From: Candidatus Latescibacterota bacterium
GTDB lineage: Bacteria; Latescibacterota; UBA2968; UBA8231
NCBI GenBank assembly: GCA_965219385.1
Contig: CBDCNM010000002.1
Coordinates: forward strand, 4,288,305 to 4,352,304
Direction of reading: 5' to 3'
Length of the DNA: 64,000 nt
The position numbers and the translations under genes are program-made. Of the stretch, positions 9,117 to 19,540 are shown one piece after another. Position 1 is the first letter of the stretch. Each line of letters opens with the position of its first letter. The notes beneath the pieces were generated by a model. It did no database searches and had not been told where the DNA came from. It was given only the letters and a program-made list of their open reading frames with translations.

Positions 9117-10805
9117 TTAGGGACTCTGGCAGTAGCAGCACCCTCTCAAATAGGGATAATTCTTACGCTGTCCTTTATCGTATAACTTGACAGTCCACAT
9201 TGTCTTATCATATGTCCGCAAGGCCAACTGCAAGAGCTTGTCGCGATTGATATAGGCAAGGTCATCTTCTATTGTGAATGTTTCAAGACTATAGTATCTA
9301 CACACCTGCGTTGTGTCTATTCCTACATAGTTTGACGACCCCCAGTGTATTCCTGCATAGTTTGTGTTTGGAGGACCATCTTGCATAATTTGCTTCGAAG
9401 ACTTCGCTTCGTACAACCTTGCCTGATAGTGCAGTCCTTGCCGTGGGCGATTCTCGAGTATGATCTCCAATATATAATCTCCGCGAAGTAAACCTCGGAT
9501 GTTTGAAGCATCTTTTAATGGTAATACATTTTGAACCAGACCACGTCTGCTTATATCGTCAACGATTAAATCCCGAACCTGCTGTTGTACTAGCGATCTT
9601 TGCCTTCCATTCACTTTGTTGGTTGCTCCGGGCAAGATACGAGTGCCTGCTGCTGCCATGTTGGTTATTTTGGCGTCCACCCAGAGAACACCTACTGACT
9701 CATAGGTATCAAGTCTACCCCATCCCGTGTCCGGTTTCGAGATGGCAAAAACGTTTTCATCGAATGAATTGTACCTGACTGGTTGAAGGTGTCCACCATC
9801 CTCAATTTGATGCCACACAAGAGCCCGCCCTTCGAGTTTGTAATCAAGAAAGCGCTTCTCTCGCCACCTATCCCCTACCTGAAACTGCTCCGCGACCAGC
9901 AAGCTGGTTTGAGAGTCAAAGAGCGCTCGGAACGGTGGACTTCCATATTTCATGTCTTCGACAAGTATAACGTGGTGTGACCTACTGTATGGGTTGGTCT
10001 GGAATCCAATGTAAGTAAGCTGCACACCGTCTCCCAGGTAGCGCGATAGAAAATCCCAGCGTTCAGCCCGTCGTTGCACTTCCCGCAACCCTTTGTCTTT
10101 TAGTGGAAATCCTTGACCAAATACGTCGATCCATCCTCTCTCACCATTGTAGACGATACGAGCCCCCCCAGGCAAAAACTCTGCAAATTTACTACGTGTG
10201 CCATAGTTCTTATGAAACCGATCTGAGTAGCTTATATACCGAAGGGAGGTCAACGCATCAAGGCCGCCCATAGCGTCTACTGCCTCCATTACAATATTTA
10301 GGGCATGAGAGCGGCTACGGCTCTCCGCATCATGAATGTCGACATCTGGCAACACCAATCGTTCAAAAGATTCTAGCTCTTCTACCTTCCGCCGAGACAT
10401 CTCCAACAGGTGTTGTTCAAGTGACATTAGCGAGTCTGCAGGAGTCGCAGATACTCTGCCTGTCTTCTTCATGTCAATAAGGTCATCTGACACCAGCAAG
10501 GACTCGGGAAGAGCAGGAACCTCAAGGTGATCTGTGATGTCTTCAGGAACATCCTGCGGTACGTCGATTTCCTCCATGCGCTCCATCTCTACCTCAGGTA
10601 AAGCTTCTGGTGGCGATGATTCTAAACGTTTTGGTCCTACATGTTCAAACTGGTAGCGAACAGGATGCAGGATTCGATCCACCGGATCTTTCGCCCAGCG
10701 TTGGAAGGTGAATAACATCAGCAAGTGAAGGATGCATGAAAGTAGAAAAGCTACTCCGACGCGGCGCCTATCTATCGATTTTCTCTTTGAATGATTGTTA
10801 AACAA
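9117..10805 (-). CDS. Hypothetical N-terminally membrane-anchored protein (transposon cargo)
   Basis: 562-aa ORF, TM segment with SxxLH, visibly lower GC. The stop codon coincides with the TTA at the IS boundary. Confidence 0.7.
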   Translation of the reverse strand: MFNNHSKRKSIDRRRVGVAFLLSCILHLLMLFTFQRWAKDPVDRILHPVRYQFEHVGPKRLESSPPEALPEVEMERMEEIDVPQDVPEDITDHLEVPALPESLLVSDDLIDMKKTGRVSATPADSLMSLEQHLLEMSRRKVEELESFERLVLPDVDIHDAESRSRSHALNIVMEAVDAMGGLDALTSLRYISYSDRFHKNYGTRSKFAEFLPGGARIVYNGERGWIDVFGQGFPLKDKGLREVQRRAERWDFLSRYLGDGVQLTYIGFQTNPYSRSHHVILVEDMKYGSPPFRALFDSQTSLLVAEQFQVGDRWREKRFLDYKLEGRALVWHQIEDGGHLQPVRYNSFDENVFAISKPDTGWGRLDTYESVGVLWVDAKITNMAAAGTRILPGATNKVNGRQRSLVQQQVRDLIVDDISRRGLVQNVLPLKDASNIRGLLRGDYILEIILENRPRQGLHYQARLYEAKSSKQIMQDGPPNTNYAGIHWGSSNYVGIDTTQVCRYYSLETFTIEDDLAYINRDKLLQLALRTYDKTMWTVKLYDKGQRKNYPYLRGCCYCQSP

Positions 10806-10963
10806 TGATCTGATCCGGCTGGATTTGGGTCAACTTTGGTTGGTCTCGCATGATGTTGAATCCATTTCAGGTAACGTGCTCGCGGGCTGCGAACTCGCCG
10901 CAGGCGCAGCCCGACGTGCTAAACCGAAGGCGGCGGTCTCCTCGCATGACGCCCGAGCGAAAT

Positions 10964-11211
10964 CTACTCCTTGATTGAAGTCACGAATTTCCTCAGATGA
11001 TATCGTAATTCTCTCTCGTGCGTGAGCCAGATCGCATGGGATGCACCTTGTATTCGGACGAAGTTTCCTTTCGGCATGAGGCTTGCTAGTTGCTCTACGG
11101 GCCACGAAGGGCGAATGTCGGCTTCCCCAAACAAGAAGATCGACGGCACTTCCAGGTCAGCGATGTTCCGTAAAAGATCTGGGTTACGAACATACTCTCT
11201 CCAAGACGCGC
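10964..11211 (-). pseudogene. Alpha/beta hydrolase C-terminal fragment
   Basis: ...DLEVPSIFLFGEADIRP...GASHAIW (catalytic D and H region); 5' part cut off by IS elements. Confidence 0.7.
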
Positions 11212-11214
11212 TTA

Positions 11215-12086
11215 GAAGCTGTTGAGTTAAAAAAGCTCTGTATGTATTGTATGTATAATGTATTGCTTGCTGTCTTTTTTGCGCAGGGAGGCTTTTAGTA
11301 TGGGCGGGTATCCAAGTGACTTGACGGATCCAGAATGGGCCCTGATCGCGGGGTTTTTCGACCGTCCTGATCCCCGGGGCAACCCCGGCAAGTATGCCAA
11401 ACGCGAGGTGGTCAATGCCATTTTATAGGTCGTCAAAGGGGGTATTCCGTGGCGGATGCTGCCGCTTGATTTTCCCCCTTGGGATACCGTCTAGGACCAT
11501 TACCGACGCTGGAATCAGCGTGGCGTGTGGGAACAAGCCCTGGACGCGCTGCATGAGCGCGCCCGTCACAAGCAGGGCAAAAACGAGCATCCGACCTATG
11601 CCTTGATCGATTCGCAATCGGTTAAAACCCAATAGGCCAGTCAGGATCGAGGCGTGGATGGGGGGAAAAAAGATCAAAGGCCGTAAACGCCACCTCGCCC
11701 CCGATACGCTGGGTAATATGCTGACCGTCCAAGTACATGCCGCCAATGGGGCCGATACTAGCCAAGGATGGGACGTATGTGATCGGGTCGCGGAAAAAAG
11801 TATGATTCGGTCGAAGCCTTCTGCGGCGACCAAGGCTATCGCGGTACCACCGTTGCATTCGTTGAAAACCTGTTGGGGTTGCGACTCGATATAGCGGATA
11901 AACCAACCCAAGGGTTCCAAGTGGTGCCCAAACGCTGGATCATCGAACGAACCTTGGCTTGGTTGGGTGGATTTCGACGCTTGGCCAAAGACTTCGAAAT
12001 CCTCACCCAATCCGCAGAGAACATGATTCGTATTGCCATGATAAAGATTACGGTCGCTAAATGCATCTGAATAACTCAACAGCTTC
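11215..12086 (+). mobile_element. IS5-family (IS1031-like) element, 872 bp, transposase pseudogene 11300-12070
   Basis: TIR gaagctgttgagtta; TTA target duplication (11212-14 and 12087-89); YPSDLTD.EW, IDSQSVK, KGRKRH and RW.IERT motifs; three in-frame TAG stops plus frameshifts. Confidence 0.92.
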
Positions 12087-12093
12087 TTACTAA

Positions 12094-12801
12094 GAGCCTA
12101 TACGAAAATCACGTCAACCGTTCGACGATTCGAAAAATGATAAGCACAGAAGCTACGTGCATTAATGCTTGGTAATGGGTAGTTTTCTTCTCCCATCGGA
12201 TCAGCAGCCGGCGGAACCGATGGTGCCAAGCATGGGTTCTTTCCACCACCCATCGACGAGCCGGATGTTTCTTTTGGGTGGGTGTAGCGGCTTTTTCTGC
12301 TTTAGTTTTGGCCCAGTGTAGGTGATCGTCGCGTTGCTCGACCCCTTCGATGACCTCGGCGTAGTCATAGCCTTTGTCCAAACACCGATGATGTAGCCGA
12401 TAGACGACTTTCTCGGGCCGCTCCACGACGATGCCCTCCAGCGTCGCCAGCGCCCCCGTTTTGTCGGGCGTATGGGCTCCGGTTATTTCCACGGCCAGCG
12501 GCGCGCCTCGCGGGTCGGTCAATACCGACCGTTTGGTACCCTTTTTACCCCGATCTACCGGCGACGGACCGGTATCCTCGCCGCCCAACGGCGCTTTGGT
12601 AATTACCCCATCGAGGGCTTGCCATTTCCAAGCAATGCCCCCTTGCGTATCATCGTAGTCCAACACCGTCTGCCAGGCTCGGAGAAACACGCCTGGTTTG
12701 ACCCACGGGCGGAACCGACTCTTGGTTGAGGGTCAGATGTAAGGAAAGCGTAGGGCGCCAAGACCTGTTTATCAATAGGAAATCAATTTTCGTATAGGCT
12801 C
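12094..12801 (-). mobile_element. IS5-family element, copy 2 (inverted, apparently identical to copy 1)
   Basis: Same TIRs, same 708-bp length and identical 193-aa translation; flanked by TAA on both sides. Confidence 0.92.
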
Positions 12802-12804
12802 TAA

Positions 12805-14253
12805 GCTCGATTTTATCCAAACGCGCATGGCAGGAGGCCGGTATCCTCCGTACTGTTGATGGTATCCAAGCATCGACAGCCCAGGAGAAACCGATGAGCC
12901 CCCTGCCGAAAGATATAATAACGATTTTGTCGCCCTTTGCCCCCCTTTTTTCGAGCCGCGTTTGGCCGCAGGCTCAGACGCTGTTGGTCGGGGCGCTGTT
13001 AGCCCCGGGTAAACGCACGGTCAGCGCCGTGTTGGAGGTGTTGGGCTTGAGCCAACAGCCTACCTTTCAAACCTACCACCGGATCCTCAACCGCTGTGTG
13101 TGGTCGCCCCTGGCCGGCAGTAAGCTACTCCTCCAGGCGTTGGTGGCCGCCTTTGCCCCCCACGGGCCCCTGGTCCTGGGCCTGGATGAGACCATCGAGC
13201 GGCGCCGGGGCGCCCAGATTGGGGCCCGAGGCATCTACCGGGATCCCGTCCGCTCGAGTGGGCCCCACCTGGTCAAGGCTAGCGGCTTGCGCTGGCTGTC
13301 GTTGATGCTGGTAGCGCCTATCCCTTGGGCGGATCGAAGTTGGGCCTTACCCTTTATGAGTGTGCTGTGTCCGTCGGCCCGCTACTATACTCAGCGCCAG
13401 CGCACCCCCCTCACCCTGTTGCAACGGGGGCAGACTATGCTCAAGCTGGTAGCGCGCTGGCTGCCCACCCGCCGGCTGGTCGTGGTCGCCGATAGCACCT
13501 TCTCCGCCTTGGCCTTTCTCGACGCGGTTCGGCCCCACGTGGGGCTGATTACCCGCTTGCGGTTGGATGCGGCCCTGTATGACCCACCACCAACCCGCAC
13601 GCCGCACACGCGGGGACGCCCCCGCGGCAAAGGCGCCCGGCAGCCCACCCTCCAGCAGCACCTGGACGATCCGACTACCCCTTGGCACCCCCTCACCCTG
13701 GACCGGTGGTATGCCGCCGGCCCCTATACAGTGGAAACCTACAGCCAAACGGCGCTGTGGTATCACACTGGCTTGCCCGCCGTGCCCCTCCGCTGGCTGC
13801 TGATCCGAGACCCGGCCGGCCGCTTCGCGCCCCAAGCCTTGCTCTCGACCGATGTGCGTCTGTCCCCTCGGCAAATGCTGACCTATTTTCTCCAACGCTG
13901 GTCGGTAGAAACTACCTTTGAGGAAGCCCGCGCCCATCTGGGCATGGAAACCCAACGCCAATGGAATGAGCGGGCCATTGCCCGGACCACGCCGGTCATC
14001 TTGGCCTTGTTTAGTCTGGTCGCCCTCATCGCCAATCGGCTGGCCCCCAAAAGCGCCTCCCCCTGCCATGCCACGGCCTGGTATGGCAAACGAAAACCCA
14101 CCTTTTCCGATGCCGTGGCCTGGGTCCGACAACGGCTCTGGCAGGCTTTTTCCAACCTGCCCAACCAACACGACCTGATAAAAATCCCTCGAAGCCTACT
14201 CAACCGCTTGATACACACCGTCTCGTACGCTACATAAATGGATAAAGTCGAGC
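12805..14253 (+). mobile_element. IS701-like element with intact DDE transposase (12894-14237)
   Basis: TIRs gctcga(t/c)tttatcca; TAA (or CTAAG) duplication; LDETIERR, VADS and RWSVETTFEE motifs. Confidence 0.88.
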
Positions 14254-14537
14254 TAAGTTCATATCTTTCTGAGCGCCAATGGCGACAGCAAGGCGTCGTG
14301 CCGTCCGAACGTAACCGCCCGCGACGGTGAGTGATCACGAATTCACGTCTACGTAGCTGTTCTGTCCGAGGTTTCGAGCCTGATTTTCAGCGTCGGAGTT
14401 GCAGGCGTTCTCGTAAATTGGCTGGGACACGGCATAGATATGTAAATTTCGTTCTGCATGACAAAGACGTTGACACGTGTGCCGTATTCGTCATCTTTGG
14501 GCATCGATAAACTCCTTTTTGAGTCTCCAATCCTGTA

Positions 14538-15476
14538 CTACTCGAGCGCGGCGACATCGTGCAGGGCGGCGGGAAGGCTGAAGCGTACGTTCTCGACAAT
14601 GCCGTCTATGGTTGAAATTTCCAGGTCAGCGTATCCTCGCAGTTTCTCAATCAACTCATGCACCAGTTCCTCGGGTGTCGAGGCTCCGGCGGTAATGCCG
14701 ATGCTCTCTTTCCCCAGCAGCCACTCGGGATTGATCTTGGAAGGATCCTCGATCAGGTAGCTCGGCACACCACTATCGTTGCTGACTTCGCACAAGCGAT
14801 TGGAGTTGGAGCTGTTTTGTGCGCCCACCACCAGTACCAGCTCCACCTGGGCGGCAAGTGCGCGCACGGCAGCCTGACGGTTCTGGGTCGCGTAGCAGAT
14901 GTCCTTGACGTCCGGTCCGACAATGTTGGGGAATCGCCGCCGCAGTGCCGAGATCACCTCCCGGGTATCGTCAACCGACAGAGTAGTCTGGGTGATGTAG
15001 GCGACCTTTTGGGGATCGCGCACCTTCAGCGCTGCTATCCCTTCCACGTCACTGACCAGAGAAATCCGTCCCGGAATCTGTCCCATGGTGCCTTCGACCT
15101 CGGGATGGTCCTCGTGACCGATCAGGATGATATCGTAGTCTTTGGCAGCGTAGCGCCGGCCCTCCTTGTGCACCTTGGAGACCAGGGGGCAGGTGGCATC
15201 GAGCGATCGCAGGGCGCGCATCGAGGCGTCCTGCTCAACCTTCTCCGACACGCCGTGGGCACTGAACACGGTGATGGCGCCATTGGGAATTTGTTCGATC
15301 TGTTCTACGAACCGTACGCCCTTCGCTTCCAGGTTTTCCACTACCCTCCGGTTGTGGACGATCTCGTGTCGCACGTAGATCGGGGGTCCGTACTGTTTAA
15401 GTGCCGCTTCGACGATCTCGATGGCGCGTTCAACACCAGCACAAAATCCGCGCGGTTGAGCTAAAATGACTCGCAT
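14538..15476 (-). CDS. ispH: 4-hydroxy-3-methylbut-2-enyl diphosphate reductase
   Basis: [38 protein letters not shown] and GASTP motifs. Confidence 0.97.
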   Translation of the reverse strand: MRVILAQPRGFCAGVERAIEIVEAALKQYGPPIYVRHEIVHNRRVVENLEAKGVRFVEQIEQIPNGAITVFSAHGVSEKVEQDASMRALRSLDATCPLVSKVHKEGRRYAAKDYDIILIGHEDHPEVEGTMGQIPGRISLVSDVEGIAALKVRDPQKVAYITQTTLSVDDTREVISALRRRFPNIVGPDVKDICYATQNRQAAVRALAAQVELVLVVGAQNSSNSNRLCEVSNDSGVPSYLIEDPSKINPEWLLGKESIGITAGASTPEELVHELIEKLRGYADLEISTIDGIVENVRFSLPAALHDVAALE

Positions 15477-15558
15477 CGTTACCCTCCATTACTGGTTGAT
15501 TAGCGCGATTCTGGTCGCAACAATCCAGCCATACTCTAACACTAAGTTCGTTTTGCTG

Positions 15559-16626
15559 TCAATTGTGTGAACAGAGGTGCCTTCCCACTCCGGCACGAGG
15601 GAGACTTCGGGTCAGTGCCTCGAAGAGGAACTTCAGAGCCAAATTTGAGCGCACCAAGGCGCTGGTGACGATGGCGACCGCCCACACGCTACGACGCGAG
15701 ATTCTTACTTCCTTCCCGTCCCTGAACGTCGGTGTCGCGTGAATGCGGCGCAGGGTGAGCACGGCCATCCCCAATGCCCACAGGCAGTGTCGACGGATGC
15801 CGGTTTCACGGGTGGGAATAATCTGGATGAACCGCAATGCGTTCGCAAGATGCTGGCGGGCGATCGCCACGAGTTCGAATAGCCCTTTGATGAAGCCGGG
15901 GTCGTCTTGTCCTGCGGACAGGGAGCGCAGTTCGAAACCAGCTCTAAGGAAGATGTCCCGTGGCAACCAACACGCACCGCGACTCCGGTCGTCCCACATA
16001 TCCTTAAGGATATTCGTCATTTGCAACCCTTGGCCAAAAGAGACGGACAGCGCAAGCAAATCCTCGCGTCGCTCGCCGATCTCGGCGGAATAGTCGCAGA
16101 ACAGCTCGGTGAGCATTTCGCCGACCACACCGGCGACATGATAGCAATAACGATCAAGATGAGGAAGGTCGTTCAAGCCGTCGGATGTCGCGTTCTGTTG
16201 AAACTCCGCCATTCCACGCGACATGATCCTCACGCAGCGTTCGAGTGCGCTTCGCTGGGCGGCACTAAACCCGTTATTGATGCGGATGACCCGGGCGGTG
16301 TTGGCGATCAGGTCATGCTCGCTTTCGGTAGTCGAAGACGACAGCAACGCGCCGAGTTCGCGTGCGAAAGGAGCCGCTTCTTCTCGACCTGCAACGACCT
16401 CGACAAAGCGTTCCGAGAATGCCTTCTTCTGCCTAGCGGACAGCGCCGGCTCGTCTTCAATGGTGTCCGTGATTCGGCACAGGAGATAGGCATTGCCCAC
16501 CACATCGCGTAGGGTGCCTGGAAGCTGTGGAATAGTAAGGGCAAAGGTGCGGGAAACGCCTTGCAGGATTTCCGCCTGGTAGGCGAAATCACTGTTCGTC
16601 AACCCGTTTGAGGAGGACGTCGTCAT
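15559..16626 (-). CDS. Squalene synthase-like (farnesyl-diphosphate farnesyltransferase; squalene/phytoene synthase family)
   Basis: [28 protein letters not shown] and [10 protein letters not shown] motifs. Confidence 0.88.
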   Translation of the reverse strand: MTTSSSNGLTNSDFAYQAEILQGVSRTFALTIPQLPGTLRDVVGNAYLLCRITDTIEDEPALSARQKKAFSERFVEVVAGREEAAPFARELGALLSSSTTESEHDLIANTARVIRINNGFSAAQRSALERCVRIMSRGMAEFQQNATSDGLNDLPHLDRYCYHVAGVVGEMLTELFCDYSAEIGERREDLLALSVSFGQGLQMTNILKDMWDDRSRGACWLPRDIFLRAGFELRSLSAGQDDPGFIKGLFELVAIARQHLANALRFIQIIPTRETGIRRHCLWALGMAVLTLRRIHATPTFRDGKEVRISRRSVWAVAIVTSALVRSNLALKFLFEALTRSLPRAGVGRHLCSHN

Positions 16627-16730
16627 CCCAACCTTCGTCCCGCTTTCTCGTAGTATGCGTATCTAATAGAAATTATATGGACTTATTGTGAGTCTGTCAA
16701 GTTTTCTGGGTAAGTGGCCATATGGCGCCG

Positions 16731-16819
16731 TGCCCGTCCAACAGGGCGGCGATCGCGGCCAGCCGCTCCAACTCGCTCTCCCAGTCGCCGTTGACTTTGA
16801 CCTTAAAATAGGTCAGCCC
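16731..16819 (-). pseudogene. Small enolase-superfamily (mandelate racemase-like) gene fragment
   Basis: Reverse strand reads GLTYFKVKVNGDWESELERLAAIAALLDG (KxK motif); no start or end. Confidence 0.45.
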
Positions 16820-16909
16820 CTAGTTTGTTTACAAAAGATAGTCAAGAGTCAAACTGTAATGGTAGGAAAATCTCAATTGGTCAGTAGGGGGCGTAGGTGA
16901 ACTGGATAC

Positions 16910-18061
16910 TCAACGCAGTTCTTCGGCCGCAGCGCACATTGCCTTCAGCTTGTTCAATGCGATCTCGTCGTTGTTCACCGGGCGATTCGAGAACGTGGCG
17001 AACCCACAGTCCGGGTTGAGAAAAAGCCTTTCTCTGGGGTAGCGCTCGAGCGCACGCTCGACCCACTCGCGAATCTCCTTTGCCTTTTCGACGCGTTCGG
17101 TGCGCGGGTTGACTACGCCCAGGCCGAGCTCCTTGCCGTCGAAATCGAGCAGGTCGCCGGCCCGCTCCGTGGCGTACTCCAGGACCAGCTGTTTGACGTT
17201 CATGCGTTGCAGGTAGGGGGCCAGCGGGTCGTAGCTGCCGCGCAGCAAGGTCGACTCGTCCTGGCTCCAGTTGCCACGGCAGACATGGACCCCGATCCGC
17301 GCGGCGCGGGCTTTGAAGTCGATGCCGTCGAGGACGCGATTCATCAACTGGACGGCGAACTCGAGTTCCTTGCTCGGATCGTTGGTCGACGCCAGATGGG
17401 CGCACATGAAAGTGCGGGCCTGGCCCTGCGCGAATACGAGCTCGGTGAGCACGGGTTCGTCGAACTGAATGAAGTCGGCCCCGGCATTGAGCAGCTCGTC
17501 GATTTCCTCGCGCAGCACGGAGACCACCGCATCGCCCAGCGCCTCCTTGGTTTCGTAGTGCGGCCGGCTCACCTCCTTGACGAACATGCCGCGCGTCAGC
17601 AGATAGGGCCCCGGCAACGGGACCTTGACCGGTTTGTCGGTGTGCTGCTTGAGGAAGCGCAACTCGTCCGCGGCCAGCGGCGCGCGACGCGACACCGGGC
17701 CGGTGCAGGTGGCGTTGGAGATCGAAAAGGCCGGCACGTCGAGGGTCCGCAGGATCCGTTCGAAGCCCGCCTTGTCTTCGATCACCTCGAGCATCTCCGC
17801 CAGCGTCATCATCCGCACGCCATCCAGCTTCTCCGCCACGAAGGAAAAAAAAGAATCGCGGCGCTGTTCGCCGTCCGTGACCATGTCCACGCCCCCCTCG
17901 TCCTGCAGCTTGAGGACGCGCAGCACCTCCGCGTCGGCGATGCGCTCGAACGCCTCGGGCGCAAGCTTGCCGCTGCGCTTGGCCTTTTGGGCCCGCAGCA
18001 GGTCCCTGGAGCGCGGCCAGCTCCCCACAAGCGCGATGGGCAGGGGCGGAAGGGGCATCAT
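16910..18061 (-). CDS. Cobalamin-independent methionine synthase-like (MetE core) Zn enzyme
   Basis: VGSWPR, TDGEQRR, IQFDEP, HVCRGN and NPDCGF motifs; start overlaps the upstream stop. Confidence 0.85.
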   Translation of the reverse strand: MMPLPPLPIALVGSWPRSRDLLRAQKAKRSGKLAPEAFERIADAEVLRVLKLQDEGGVDMVTDGEQRRDSFFSFVAEKLDGVRMMTLAEMLEVIEDKAGFERILRTLDVPAFSISNATCTGPVSRRAPLAADELRFLKQHTDKPVKVPLPGPYLLTRGMFVKEVSRPHYETKEALGDAVVSVLREEIDELLNAGADFIQFDEPVLTELVFAQGQARTFMCAHLASTNDPSKELEFAVQLMNRVLDGIDFKARAARIGVHVCRGNWSQDESTLLRGSYDPLAPYLQRMNVKQLVLEYATERAGDLLDFDGKELGLGVVNPRTERVEKAKEIREWVERALERYPRERLFLNPDCGFATFSNRPVNNDEIALNKLKAMCAAAEELR

Positions 18062-18879
18062 CGAGGCGCCTTGAAGAAACGGGTGAGCTCGCAGGCCGCC
18101 TTCAGCGGGCCGAATCCGCTCGTCCGTCCCGGTTCCCACTTCTTCAGACCTTCGAGGTCCATCATTTCGCGGTGCTGGGGATTGTCGTAGTCCATGGCGA
18201 ACAGCGCCTCGAGAAAGGCCTCTTCGCGCGCCTTTGGGAAGCTCTCCAGTACCGTGAATACGCAGTGGTCGAACTTCGGGGTGGTGGCGACGATCCCGTA
18301 CTCCGAGGCGTTGATGGTGCCGTCCCGGGTCCAGCCCTCCCAGTTCAGATCCAGCAGGCAACTGGCGTCGACCTGTCCTGCCTCCAGCGCTTTGAAGGCG
18401 TCGAGTTCGCCGCCGATGTGGTCGCCGTGCTTGCCGACCAGGACATCGAAACGCCGGACCGCGTAGTCCTCATCGGCGGTGAGCCCCGCCTCCTGGAGGA
18501 TCTGGACCGGGATGAGGGTCGCCTGGGGCGAATCCTTTGCCCCGAAGCCAATGGTCTTGCCCTTGAGGTCGGCAACAGATCCGATCCCGGAGTTTTTCCG
18601 GGCGATGATGTGGGTGCAGCGGTCGCGGTCCGTGTCGCGCATCGAGATCGCACGGCACGCCCCGCTGGCGCGGCGCTGCGCGTCGATCCAGGCCAGCGGC
18701 GAGTTCCACGCCATGTCGACATGGCCGCGGATCAGCGCGTCGACCTGCAGCTCGTAGTTGGTGAAGAACACGACATCCATGGGGACGCCGCTCTCTTCGA
18801 AGTACGCCCGAATGATGTCCCAGATGACCGAGACTTTCGGGTCGTAGAGAACGGCTCCCACGATAAGGGGCTTTGGCAT
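18058..18879 (-). CDS. PhnD/phosphonate-binding-fold protein without signal peptide
   Basis: DLKGK..FGA.DS and AWNSPLAW motifs; no N-terminal signal. Confidence 0.75.
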   Translation of the reverse strand: MPKPLIVGAVLYDPKVSVIWDIIRAYFEESGVPMDVVFFTNYELQVDALIRGHVDMAWNSPLAWIDAQRRASGACRAISMRDTDRDRCTHIIARKNSGIGSVADLKGKTIGFGAKDSPQATLIPVQILQEAGLTADEDYAVRRFDVLVGKHGDHIGGELDAFKALEAGQVDASCLLDLNWEGWTRDGTINASEYGIVATTPKFDHCVFTVLESFPKAREEAFLEALFAMDYDNPQHREMMDLEGLKKWEPGRTSGFGPLKAACELTRFFKAPR

Positions 18880-18910
18880 TTTGATCCCTTTCTTCCCAGT
18901 GAGGTCCGGG

Positions 18911-19369
18911 CTACACCGCGATGTGCAGCTCCAGGTTGAAGTGGACGACCGGCGCGAGGGTGCGATACAGGGGAGAACGCGTCAGCATCTCGTCCCAGGC
19001 GACGCGGATGTCCTCCTCTTCTTCCAGCGTCTCGACGTACACCTTGATGGTCAGCTCCTTCAGACCCGTGTGTCCTTCCTCGCCGACCACGCCCAGGTAG
19101 GCAAGGGCGTTGTCGAGTTCACCCTGAACCACGGCCTCCACATTGTCCACCTCGAGGCGCCGGCGATGGCAGCGCTCCTTCATCCCCGCCACCAGGTCCG
19201 CGCCGATCGCGCCGAGCAGGTATTCGAGGGCCGACGAACGGACCGCCTGGGCATCGAACGAAATCGGCGCGCCGACCTCAAAGCGGTTTGTCCGGGCGTA
19301 GACCACGGCACCGCGCTGGTCGTCGGAGGCGACCCGTACCGACCAGCGCAACGGATCCTGGCGCGTCAT
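18911..19369 (-). CDS. OsmC-family protein
   Basis: 152 aa; EYLLGA.GA, V.G.LD and SPL..TL pattern; canonical cysteines absent. Confidence 0.65.
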   Translation of the reverse strand: MTRQDPLRWSVRVASDDQRGAVVYARTNRFEVGAPISFDAQAVRSSALEYLLGAIGADLVAGMKERCHRRRLEVDNVEAVVQGELDNALAYLGVVGEEGHTGLKELTIKVYVETLEEEEDIRVAWDEMLTRSPLYRTLAPVVHFNLELHIAV

Positions 19370-19540
19370 TGCCAGCCGCCCGGTCGACGGGTCTGCCGGC
19401 CGGTGCCCAGGCAGGCGCTGCAGAAACGCTTCCGATCCAGCGTCAGCCCCGAGCCCGTCCGGCAGAGCGGCCCCTCGTCACCGCAGGGTCCGCCGCCTTC
19501 TGGCTGCTCCGCCTTGTTGTCCGCTCCCGAACTCATCGCG

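Noticed and set aside
10868..10963. Hairpin downstream of the hydrolase fragment as an integron attC site
   Set aside because: No convincing RYYYAAC...GTTRRRY pair and no integrase.
11300..11635. TAG-to-Tyr stop-codon reassignment
   Set aside because: TAG terminates normal genes here (ispH, the 5817-7070 barrel, the LRR genes), and the same element also has frameshifts.
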